From assembly GCA_038087875.1 (NCBI GenBank), contig CM075988.1:11906001-11966000 (forward strand): DNA of 60,000 nucleotides, in the 5' to 3' direction. Below, piece after piece: positions 36,341-47,975 of this stretch (the stretch's first letter is position 1; each line of letters begins with the position of its first letter). The stretch comes from Malacoraja senta. Its lineage: Eukaryota. A program made the position numbers and the translations under genes. Below the pieces are notes generated by a model. That model did no database searches and had not been told where the DNA came from. It saw nothing but the letters and a program-made list of their open reading frames with translations.

Positions 36341-39159
36341 CACGTTTGTGACCAGTTGTGCCACTGTGATTGCTGAGATCAACTGTTCAACGTATCCTGT
36401 TGAGTTTTATGGGAGTGTTGTGTTGTTACACATTGCAATATATGAGCTCATATTAATGCATTAGCAGAGTTACCAGCCATAGTTTATATTAAAACAAAAT
36501 TACACTACCTTGCAAATATTATGTTCCTTGTGTGTTCCAGCATTTCCTGGAAAACAGATTAAGTTAAGATTTGTTTCCACAACTTATAGTTATCTCCATA
36601 ACTCTTTTTCATCATTCCATTTCTGTCCCTTAGTAAGAGACTGAGACCCTTGTCTGTTATACTGAGGTCCTGACTCGGATCTGGACTCATTAGATCATTA
36701 GTAATAATTAATTCATACTTTGGTTTCTACATTTCGACTTTGCAGTATGAGTACTGTTCACAGCAACTTCTTTTAGAACAGTATGATTCTCTTTAGTCGA
36801 TTAAAATAACAAATAATATTTTGACTCCTGAGCTTTTAACATCTTAAATTGATTTATCTTTTCAATTGGTAATGGCTTCCAAGATTTTTGTCATATTCAT
36901 TATTCACGTATGCACTCAGCCAAACAGCAGCATCACCAATGCCAAATCCAATATGACAGGACAATTGACTACGTATTTAGCATGTCAAAAACCACAAGTT
37001 CTGGAAGCAAATAAGACTGGGCATAAATAGGACTAAAATGAAATTGTGAAGAAAGAAATCAAATAATATAAAAGCTGTCAAGGACAAGTCCAATAAAAAA
37101 TACATATTTTTAATTAAAATAGATAGAGATGTTGCAAAATAACAACATATTTGAGATGGAATGACATGTACATTTGATAGAACTAAACTAGTTCACCAGA
37201 TGATTAAAAGGGTAACTCAGAAATTACCTATTTCCAATTAACGTGATACGAGATGTCGGTTAGAGTGGAAGTGGAAGTCCCGGGTAACTAGGAAGTATTG
37301 GATTTCAGCTAGGAAGTAACTAGAATGTCGGAGTTCCAGAAAGCAAATGCCCTACCTACACTTTGGTCTCACTGGTGTGAAGGTGACAGCATTACAAACT
37401 TCAAATGCAAAACACTGAAAAAATGGTGTGGGCTTTGGATAGTAGGAAGGGAGGAAATGAGTATTAGAATTGGGAGCAAGAATAGACCATCTGGCATTTC
37501 GATACCGCTTTGCCATTCAGCAGTCGCAATCTTCTACCTCATGTCAATTTTCCTGCGTCATCCAAATATCCCTAGATGGACAAATCTATTGATCTCTATT
37601 TAGAATTCTATCTCGATGACTAAACCTTCCCATCCTTCCAGTACTTAGAATTCCAAAGAAATGCCTTCCCCCGAATTAAGATGTTTGTCCTCATCTTGGC
37701 CATAAATCGCCTATTATATTTGCTGAGACTGTGACCTTTGGTTCCAGACTCCTCAGATCAGGGAAACACAAGATTTTAACAAAATGAGCTCAATGCTGGC
37801 ATAAGATGGTACTGCAAAAATAGATCAGGGTAGTTGATGGAGAGGTGGGTGAGTGGTGAATGGGAATATTGAGCATAGGACTAGCGTTTTGCAGGGGGAA
37901 CAAAATTCTGAAATGGAAGGAAATAGAAAATGTATTCCATTGGGGGTGCTTGAATCAGCAGAAATGTTGGCTTCTAAATGGAGTGTGACATCAAAAGGAT
38001 ATCTTATATTGAATAGAGTAGGGAAGGTTCTGCTATTAAAATAATAACTGTGAATCTTTTGACAATTTTCACTGCACCCACTAGTACTTCAAGTAATTTA
38101 ATAAGGATGTTTCCTCAGGCAAAATCATCTGTAAAATATGGTGATTAACCCTCTATAGTCCAAAATGTTAAGAAAATCATGGTTGCAGCAGTCTAGAATT
38201 GTTGTGCTTATGAATTCATGTTATTGATTTTATCACTAAATTTAAATTTTGAGAAACAATGTTAATTGAATTATGGTTGGCACACAAAAATAATAACAAA
38301 GCTTGGAATAATATTTATTTTGGCCTATTTCACATATGACATGCCTATGATGCATTAAACAATAACAGGGTGTTAAAGATGCATTGTTCAGCTACATGCA
38401 GTTCAGATGACTTTCAGCTTGGAAGGTGTGTGTTTGAACTCTTACTCAATGGGAGCCAATTAATTAACTGTTAACAAATAGTTTGTTCAGCAATTTATAG
38501 AAAAGGCCAAATTTCATTTTCTGAAATTTGTTGAGATGAAAGAAGAAAATTTGCAGTTTAAAGCTCAGATTTACATAAATGGATCCATTGTTTAGCTTAT
38601 TGAACGGTGCTCTGTTTAATCATGTTGAGAGCAAAAAACCATTTTGTTTTATTCTGCTGCCTAGGCTGGGCATGCATTAATGTTTGCCTATGTTTGAAAT
38701 GCTACAAATTTAATACGGCTTGAGATCAATTCATGTTTGGCTCTTGCTTGCCAAATAAAATTTGGAGTGTGAGAGCTATTGAAATGCCTCAGCCCTTAAT
38801 TATTAGATTAATTGGCTCTTCTCAATTAGCCCCCTGTGCGGGTGACTGGTGGGAGAATTGGAGGGGTGGTTTTAATGAGAATATGGGAGAAAATAGGTTA
38901 CAAAAAAATTAGTGGAGGAATGGGATTGTTTCTATAGCTGATTCAATAAACTAAATGGCCTCCTCAGCTATGGTAAGGAAAAAAATCAATCAAGATGGAC
39001 TGACTTTCGCCCTTGATACTCATAAAATTTTGAAATAGAAGCATTAAATAAACACCATATTTATCACCTATTGTAATGGAAAAACAGATAATGCTTGACT
39101 TGCAATCACTTTCGCTATTAGACCATGCAGCCAATTTTCATAAACAGTTAAAAAAAAAA

Positions 39160-39660
39160 AAACTGCTGGAGTAACTCAGTGGGTCAGTCAGCTTCTCTGG
39201 AGAAGATAGACTGGTGACATTTAAAGTTCTTTAGATGCACTGTGGGGGTGGGGGGGGGAGAGAAAGCTAGAACAGAGGAGGGGCAGGCTAAAACCTGGAA
39301 GTGATTGATGGATACAGGTGAGGGGGGGGGGGGGGGGTTGATAGGCAGATAGATGGTTGGAAAAAGGCCAGAGCTGAAGAGGCAAAAAGTGTGAGTTAAA
39401 CTATGTATAAATTGTGAAGCCAGAAAAAGGAATGTGGGTGGAAGTGGACAAGGAGAAGGGGAGAATTGAGTACAAATTCAGATGGGGGACAGGGAAGGGT
39501 GGACGTGAAAGGGAAGTGAAGGGAAGGGAATGGGGGTGGAGGGGTGCAGGATTTGCTTGCAGATTCGTTTCTTGAAATTGGAAAAATCAATGTTCATACC
39601 TTTCGGTTGTAGGGTACCCAAGCGGAATACGAGGTGCTATTCCTCCATTTTAAGTTTGGC
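39160..39660 (-). mobile_element. Penelope 3' fragment with endonuclease C-terminus
   Basis: Minus strand HLVFRLGTLQPKGMNIDFSNF, similar to 8340-8410. Confidence 0.7.
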
Positions 39661-40016
39661 ATAACAGTAAGTTGGTTTCATGTCAGAAAAAAGTCCTTAT
39701 TTTTCTTAATGTTCAACTCAATTCAGTGCCTCATTATTTTTCGTGCAGCCTGAACGATAACATCTTTGACACTAAATATTTTACTCCCTCAAATTGCACA
39801 GAAATATCACCCAAGATTATATGTTCATGTGCACTCTAGAAGACGAGCCTATGCTCGTCTGAGTTAGATATAATTGCCTCACAAGTAACAGTTGATTATG
39901 GTATTTGTAATTTGACAAATGGTCTTAAACAGCCATTGCTTTTGTTGTGTAAAATATGTTAGAGACTGCCTGAAATTTTGTGTCAGCGCTTATATCTTGC
40001 AGTCATTTTCTACCTT

Positions 40017-40190
40017 ACAGAGAAGGAATGGGTGACGATTCGGGTCAAGACTTTCTTCTGTCTGAAGAAGGGTTTCAACCTGAAACTTCACCCATTCCTT
40101 CTCTTCAGAGGTGCTGCCTGTCCTGCTGAGTTACTCCAGCATTTTGTGTCTATCTTTGGTGTAAACCAGCCTGCAGTTCTTTCCTACACA
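40017..40190. mobile_element. Palindromic Penelope-terminus insertion
   Basis: Short inverted arm, full arm and tail; TTTCTACCTT duplicated at 40007-40016 and 40191-40200. Confidence 0.85.
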
Positions 40191-40263
40191 TTTCTACCTT
40201 TAGATATCACAATATTAAATATTAAATATTACAAGAAAAATGTAGAATGGTAATCTATAGATT

Positions 40264-40520
40264 GGGGTGGCAGTGTGGCACTGCAGTAAGGCTGCTGCCT
40301 CACAGCGCCAGAGACTCGGGTTCGATCCTGCCCATGGGTGCTGTCTGTGCAGAGTTTATAAGTTATCCCTGTGATTGCTTGAGTTTCCTCCAGGTGCTCT
40401 GGTTTTCTACCACATACCAAAGACATGCAGGCTCGTAGGTGTGCGGGTGATCGATGATCAGCCTGGACTCGGTGCGCCAAAGGGCCTGCTTCCACACTTT
40501 ATCTCAAAACTAAGTTAAGT
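40264..40520 (+). mobile_element. HE1-type V-SINE
   Basis: GGTGGCAGTGTGGC..GGGTTCGATCCTG head; core; tail. Confidence 0.85.
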
Positions 40521-42689
40521 AAATTCTGTGGGTTGGGAAGGCGAATAGGGCAGCAAAGAGGCACCCCAGTAAAAAACTTGTATCTCCAGGTGTTGCAGCT
40601 TTATTAAGCTACAATTGTTCTACTTGGATGTTCTTTCCCTCAACTCCAGGCTGTGGCAGGTCAACAACTGCAGGTCTGCGGGTTAGGATGAGCAGACCAT
40701 CAAAGCCCATCAATTGGCAGGTGATGTGCAGATTGGGAATAGGAGACCAGCCATTGTCTTGTGTGGGCTCATGGAAAGACCAGTGCTTGGCAGTGAGGGT
40801 ATTAGACTTGGGAATGGAGGGCAACTGTTTGGCATTGGGGGGCGGAGAGTGGGACCTGACTTGACAATATTGTGGGGGAGGGAAGAATTACAGGGTCAGG
40901 AATATGTCTGTATGGTGTCATTATTGAAGACCAGGCTGACGATCACGTAAAGGGTGTTCCAGATGAGCAATTTATTTCACCAACAGGTATCACGTTAGAT
41001 GTGGTGGAGGAGCCAAGAGCAAGTCAAAATTTGCTTGCATGACTCCAAAATGTAGGTCACATGGGGAAATAATCCATTGTGGAAGAGGAATAATGATCAA
41101 GAGTAATAAGGGTAACTGATGCGGGGGAAATGTCCAGACAAATTTTCCAAGTGGCATGAATCAACTGGAAGTGGTTGTAATAGCCTTTCAATTGCATAAT
41201 ACTGGAAGGAAACGATGTTATGTAATTGTTTCTAGGGATATATATTTTATTTACTGTGCCATTAAAACCCTTTGTAAAATGGCTAGAAAGTTGTAAAATT
41301 AAACGATGAAATCTGATTTAATCTGTTAAGTTTTGGAAACAAATATACAACAATTAAGTAAACACCCACAGATCTTTATCCTGACCGCATTCACAGATTT
41401 TGAGATTAATTTTAGATTGGCCAAATTAAATTCAAATAAAAATCCATTCAGATCCTTACTCAGATCTCTAAACATTTCAGGGCTTTCAGAGTGAAGTGAG
41501 ACATCCTGTGCACATGGTACATGTGTTCTGATTTATCAGACTTAAAGTTCCCTTCTGCAGAATAATTGATAACGTGTAGAAATGTGGAGACCAGTTGCCC
41601 TCTGTACTCCATAGCAAATGTTTATTTTGTCCCTTCTTTCAAAGTTGGTGACTGCAGTAGTTCAGTTTGCTGTCTGTGGTTAAATTAATCCCTTGGTCAA
41701 AAGGCCCCCTAAAAAATTCCACCCTGCATATCACATTACCCTTTCTCCTCTCCCCAGTGGGCCTCCGTACATGTATATCATTCAGATAATTTGTGAACAA
41801 ATGTGTCAATGTAGCTGCATTATTAATTTGGTAGGTTATGACCAATTGCACCAACTTAACCATTATAAAACCCCTTTGAGTTGATTTTCTTCCAATGAGG
41901 CTTGCGTAAACTTTAAATTCTCCGTCCTAATTTTGTAGCTTTGTTCCTCCCACAGTGAGGCCTCTATCAACAATTTGGCAGTTTAGCCCAAGGCTTCACT
42001 GAACAAAATTGTTAAATTAGACTAATTTTGTCCTATGGACAAGTGTCCACTGGGAATTGATGCAGCTTTCTCCAACTCATTTCACCGAGGACCATTAAAT
42101 GCTTTCAGACGGAAAATAACCATATGGTTTTGAAAGAAACCCTCCCACTATTTTTTATGGCTTTAGCTTTAAATGTGCAGTCAAAAGCAGCAGGCTTATA
42201 GCCATTGTCTTGGAGTGCAGTTTCATCATTCGATATCCCCTTCCAGTCTCCAGAGATAGTTGGCTTGGCTTCCTCCTTTAAATATTCCTCAATTGATTAA
42301 TTATTGCTTCGATTCACTGACGTGCATTCTGAAGATTCTGATTTCTGTCTTTTCGACCAATTTCACTGTTGGAATGACATTGTTCAGGAGATTCTGCTTT
42401 CAGCAGAATTTTGCAATGTATACAGCGGCAAGACATGCTGTAAAAATACCCCTCTCCTGGGAGATGTGCAGTATAAGCAATATTCTGAGCTCCATTTCAC
42501 AGCATTGTCTTGTCCTATATGTAATCTTAGAAAGCATTTTCACAAATAGCAATGTAGCTTTTTCTCCCTGTGTTTTAATTTTTCCATTTCACAAAACGAT
42601 ACCTTCCCTTTGGTAAACCTGTACACAGTACCCTAGATGTGCTTTCACCAAATTCCACCCCAAAAAATAACCAACATAAGACTTGCTGG

Positions 42690-42897
42690 AGATAGACATA
42701 AAAGGTTGGAGTAACTCAGCGGGTCAGACAGCATCTCTGGAGAAAAATAAATTATTGACATTTCGAATCTGAAGAAGGGTCTCGACCCGTAATGTCACCT
42801 ATTCCTTTCCTCCAGAGATGCTGTCTGACCCGCTGAGTTACTCCAGCCTCTTGTGTCTGTCTTCAGTTTAAAACAGCATCTGCAGTTCCTTCCTACA
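42690..42897. mobile_element. Palindromic Penelope-terminus insertion
   Basis: Inverted arms centred near 42765; hammerhead core at 42769-42796 with GAAA changed to GTAA. Confidence 0.85.
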
Positions 42898-44067
42898 ATA
42901 AATTCGTGCTGGCCTAGTTTCTTGCAGTATCTGCATGTTAACTTCTGTTCTTCATATAGTCTTCTCTTCTTTTCGAGTCCATCTTGTTACAAATGTTGGC
43001 TTCGCTGTCATCGTCCGTCCTGAAAAGGACACAAGCTTCCGGCGACAATCAGTGGAAGCCATCACTTGCCGCAATAGACGATGGTGGTAGCAGAATTAGC
43101 TCAGGATACTTCCAGTTTCCAGCCCCGCAACGTGGACGCTTCTGCTATGGGGCCCTTCATATAGTCAGACACCAAAGCCCTTCTGCAAATTCCTGTGTCA
43201 GGCCTCTGGTTGCTACCTGTCAACCCATCAGTGAACTGAGAGAGAATGTTACATGAGGGTTCTGCTCAAGTCATTGTCTATTGGGCAAAGCCTGGCTGGG
43301 TTCATACATTGTACAGCCAGGTTCAGAAGTCTTTAGTTCTGAAATAACAGGACTCAAAACTCATTACAAAAGAATAGTTACATTGAAATGTAGATAGTTA
43401 TTATTTGGATAAATACAGAAGCCATTGTAATGGAAGATCTCTCAATGCGATTAGAGGTGGCCAAAGTAAAAGATGCATCAACTGTTAGGAAGGTTATCAT
43501 GCTTAAGTAGACATGCTACAAAATGGAGGGTAGTCACAGATTATGTTACACAATGGAGAACTAACTTGGTATTGTGGGACTTGATCTCATTTTATTTCTG
43601 GTGCTTCATGGATAAAAACTGATTAGCCTGTCCCCACCGTAATTGTACTGAGACAATACGAACTGGATGCGCACGGTCATAGGATAGAAGGTTTGCATCA
43701 GGCAGTGACCAGTCCATGATATAGAACCATCCCCTGTATTTGTTCTGTGATATATGTGCACAGTTCATTGAAATAAACTGTGATAAAGAAAGTGGTTAGA
43801 AAAAGCAAATGGGACTTTGAGCTTCATAAATACAGTCATAGAGCACAAATGGTCGGAAGTCATGCTGAACCGATATAAACCACTAGTTTGGCTACAACTT
43901 GAGGACTGTTTCCACGTCTCGGTGCCACACTTTTGCAAATATGTAAAAGCTTTGTAGATGGACAGAAAAATCTCACTGAAATGATTCCAGTGATTAAAAT
44001 CTTTATTCATCTACAAAGCTTTTACATATCCCCTGACTCTGCTATTTTTAAGAGATGCATTGAACAA

Positions 44068-44868
44068 GTGGTAGGGTGCCTCCCTTCTCGGTGTGTTCTT
44101 TTTCAGGCTTGGAGGAAGGCTGAGCTCTGGGCCAACCTCTGGGCTGCCAGTACCTCCTCACCTGGCCGCAGATGATGTGTCCTGCGCCCCACAGTTTAAG
44201 AATAGGAGTAAGCCATTTAGAACGGAGACGAGGAAACACTTTTTCTCACAGAGAGTGGTGAGTCTGGGGAATTCTCTGCCTCAGACAGCGGTGGAGGCGG
44301 GTTCTCTGGATGCTTTTAAGAGAGATGTAGATAGGGCTCTTAAAAATAGCAGAGTCAGGGGATATGGGGAGAAGGCAGGAACGGGGTACTGATTGGGGAT
44401 GATCAGCCATGATCACATTGAATGGCAGTGCTGGCTCGAAGGGCCAAATGGCCTACTCCTGCACCTATTGTCTATTGTCTATTGTCTATTGCCCCCCCAC
44501 ATGGAGAGCAAAGAGTGAGCCTAAGACAAGTGCAAGACCGTGGGTGCTGCCTCCTCGAGGCCCAGACTGAACTGCCAGGACAAACCCAAGACAGCCAGCA
44601 CCTCCTCCTCGAGGCCAAGACTGAGCTGCCAGGAGAAGCCTGAGATCGCTCACACCTGCTCTTGTGGCAAGGGTGAGCTGCTGGGACAAGCCTGACATCA
44701 CCAGCGCTTCCTCACTTGCCCACAGACGACAAGTTCCTGCGCTCCCATGTGGACCCGGACCTACTCCTCACAATCGTCATTCACTATAAATAAACCATAT
44801 CACGTGAGCTCACCCTACTGCGAGTGTCGTTGTAGTCCTTGACGACGTGCTCTGTCCTTGATACCACA
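44068..44868 (+). repeat. Solo-LTR-like element
   Basis: GTGGTA..TACCAC inverted ends, AATAAA near the 3' end, internal ~30-bp duplication, GC-rich. Confidence 0.45.
44190..44490 (+). mobile_element. CR1 3' end with (CTATTGT)n tail, nested in an LTR-like repeat
   Basis: PFRTETRKHFFSQRVVSLGNSLPQ..GYGEKAGTGY; CCCCACA on both sides (44187-44193, 44495-44501). Confidence 0.85.
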
Positions 44869-45769
44869 ACTGTTAGAGGTGAACAAAGTGAGAGCAGCAT
44901 CACAACTGTTTGAAAAGTAGTCATGTCTTAAGCAAACATGTTACAAAATGGAGGACAGGAGCCGATTATGTTCCAAAATGGAGCACTATCCAGGTATTGT
45001 GGGAATTGACCATATTCCATTTCTGTTTCTGGTTTCAGGGACAAAACAGACTATCTAGGCTTCCCTTATCTGTACTCGGGCAGTATGAACTGGAGAGGCA
45101 AGGTCGCAGAACAGAGGGTTTGTGTTGGATAGTGACCAAGAGGCATATATTAGCTGTCCAAGAGATGATAGAACAATCATGTTATATTTGTCTAACACTA
45201 GGTTGGGAATGCATATAATGCATTATCATGAATTGTTAATAATATTTGCTTGTAATAAACTAGGAAGAACTGGCAAAGATGGATTTTTCCATTTGTTCTG
45301 TGGAATTGGTTGCATGAGGCTATCAGTGATGAAAGCTTTGGCACTTGAAATGGACCTGTGTCTATTGTGTAGCCATGAGATTCTTTGGCACCATGAATGG
45401 GTGTTCAATATTTCATGACTGATTGATTGAATTGATGAAAGATACATCATGGAAACTGGCCTGTCCCCAAATTTGCTCCGTTCTTCCATCATCCTTCACC
45501 CCTCCACAGGTCAATCAACCACTGACCCATGTCCAACTTCTTGTCACCCATTCCTTATCTCCAGAGATGCTGTCTGTCCTGTAGAGTTATTCCATCCAGC
45601 ATTTTGTGTCTATCTTTGGTTTGAACCAGCATCTGCAGTTCCTTCCAACACTCTTGTCACCTTTGGTTCTTTTGACAAAGGAAATAACTTTTCTTTAGGT
45701 TCTTGGGTTCTGAAGTAGGAATCAATCACAACATTCAAAATAGAGCCAACTAGCGATTTAGCTACTTTA

Positions 45770-45930
45770 GCCAATTAACCTACAAACCTGTATGCCTTTT
45801 GAGTGTGGGAAGAATCCGAAGATCTCGGAGAAAATCTCCGTACTGACAGTGCCCATAGTCGGTATCAAACCTCAAGTCTCTGGTGCAGTAAACGCTGTAA
45901 GGCAGCAATTATACCGCTGTGCCGCCTGTG
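45770..45930 (-). mobile_element. HE1-type SINE fragment
   Basis: GCCAATTAACCTACAAACC..GGCAGCAATTATACCGCTG. Confidence 0.7.
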
Positions 45931-46554
45931 CTGAAAGAAAATCATTTGTTAGGCTATGGAGAGTTGGTAGCTGGTTGAGGCTAACTTGTAGAGCTGGTAT
46001 GGACTAGACAGGCCAAAGGGACTCCTTCCTTTGTGAGATCCTGGGATATTTTATCCGTACTGGGACTGCGAATAGTCCAGTTCTGACAATGCCTGATTGC
46101 CATGGGGAATTAGACTAAATTATGTTCCAAAATCTGGAGTAAACTGGCTGGCCTGGGAATTGCTTTGCATAATTCCAAAATAAATACATAGCTGTGTCGT
46201 TAAATAAATTGGTACAAATTTCAGGATGTTCACGTGTTCATCTGGAAATTCAACCTCAACTTATCAATGGGGTTTTTATTTGACCTGGCACTTTTTGTTT
46301 ACCAGCATAAAGCCCCAACAAATGAACTTGCAATAGGACAATGCCGATGTTGCCAGCAAAATATTCAACCTCAACAGCCTGAAAAACAATTATGTTATAC
46401 ACTCTGTCAACTAAAACTGTTGAGAAGACAGACATTCAGGCAGTTGTCAGTGTGATCTGTGCCTGGATTGCTTTGCCCATGGAAGTTAAAGTCAAGGGCA
46501 TTATCAGCTTCCTAGTCAAAGGATAATTCCAGACAGGTCAAGGTCACTCTCAGT

Positions 46555-46582
46555 CTGAAGAAGGGTTTCGGCCCGAAACGTT
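46555..46582 (+). ncRNA. Minimal hammerhead core (GTT subfamily) in a short Penelope-derived insertion (46551-46648)
   Basis: CTGAAGAAGGGTTTCGGCCCGAAACGTT. Confidence 0.55.
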
Positions 46583-47045
46583 GCCTATTTCCTTCACTCC
46601 ATTGATGCTGCTGCACCCGCTGAGTTTCTCCAGCATTTTTGTGTACCTCCCAATCAAGGCTGTTACTCATGGTGTCTGCCATATCTCTCGGCTGCTCTCT
46701 ACGGCATTAGGAGGCGTGCTCAAACCTTATATTCAAGGGTTTCACTCGCTTTTCATTTAGCACACAGGAAGGCAGAGCAGACACAGGAGGCCTTGTAGCC
46801 TTAGTGATAGGGCTCACTAAGCTGCAGATAGTTATCATCTGCAGTCCTGTCCTTGGAGAGAGTTTACGTGCAACTTCCAGTCAGGATCACCAGGCAGTGG
46901 TCTGTAATATCAGTAATGCCCTTGCAAAAATGAACATGTCCCCAGTGGGGACAATCTTTATAGCCAGCCGAGTCTGTTCCATATCTCTGTGTGCACTGAC
47001 TCCATCCCCCCCGTCAGTATTGAAGAATCCGTTCAAGTCACACAA

Positions 47046-47250
47046 TGGCACAGTGGCGGAGCTGGCAGAGGTGCTGCCTCACACAGCGCCAGAGACCCAG
47101 ATTCAATCCTGAGCTTGGGTGCAGTCTGTATGGAGTTTGCACGTTCTCCCTATACGGTGTGGATTTCCTCCGGGTGCTCCGATTTCCTCCCACATCCCCA
47201 CACCCAGACTGGGTTTGTAGGTTAATTGGCTTCTGTAAATTATCCCTGGT
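47046..47250 (+). mobile_element. HE1-type V-SINE (3'-truncated)
   Basis: GGCACAGTGGCGGAGCTGG head; TTCCTCCGGGTGCTCCGATTTCCTCCCAC core. Confidence 0.85.
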
Positions 47251-47369
47251 GTGACGAGAGTGGAGGAGAATGTGGAATGATGTTGAACTGGGACAACTAA
47301 CCATGTTGACGTGATTCCTGCAGTTGAAAAGCTGCTAAATGAAGGATGAAATCTAAAAGATGGAATCTA

Positions 47370-47975
47370 AAAGTGTCAGTGCAAGTAGATAATGTGGTTT
47401 CAATTGGATAAGTGATACTGAGCTTCATTAGACAGGACATTGAATACAAGAATGAGGAGGTTATGTTCTAACCTGACAAAATATTGGTCAGATTTCAGCT
47501 GGAGCACTGAGGTAGTTTTGGTCACCACAATGTAGGAATGATACGATAGTGCAGGGGAAGAGTTGTCAGGGGCAGAGCATTTCAGCTGTAAGGAGAGATT
47601 AGAAAGCCTAAGGTCAGTTTACCCTGGAGATGAGATGGTTAAGACTGAGGTATATAAATGTAAGAGGAATATGGATATGGTAGACTGCGGGAAACTTTTC
47701 TCCTTATGAGAGGACATAGATTTAGCGTAAAAGGGAAAGATTTAGAGGGGATCTGAGGGAGACCTTTCATACCCAGAGATTGGTGAGTACCAATAAGCAA
47801 TTCTGGAGAGCGTGGTGGAAGCATTGCCAGCTTTTAAGGAGTGTCGAGATGAACACTTACATTACCTAAACATTGAACGCTATGCACCAAGTGCTGGAAC
47901 ATGGAATTAATATGAACGGGTGCTCTCTGGTCAGCATGGATCTAGTGGGCTGAATGGTTTGTTTGTATGCTATTT
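47370..47975 (+). mobile_element. Degenerate CR1 fragment
   Basis: CATTGAATACAAGA..TTTTGGTCACCACA..AGAGGACATAGATTTA..GTGGGCTGAATGG. Confidence 0.65.

Noticed and set aside
29450..40330. tRNA-like B boxes (GGTTCGATCC)
   Set aside because: They are heads of HE1 SINEs; no cloverleaf.
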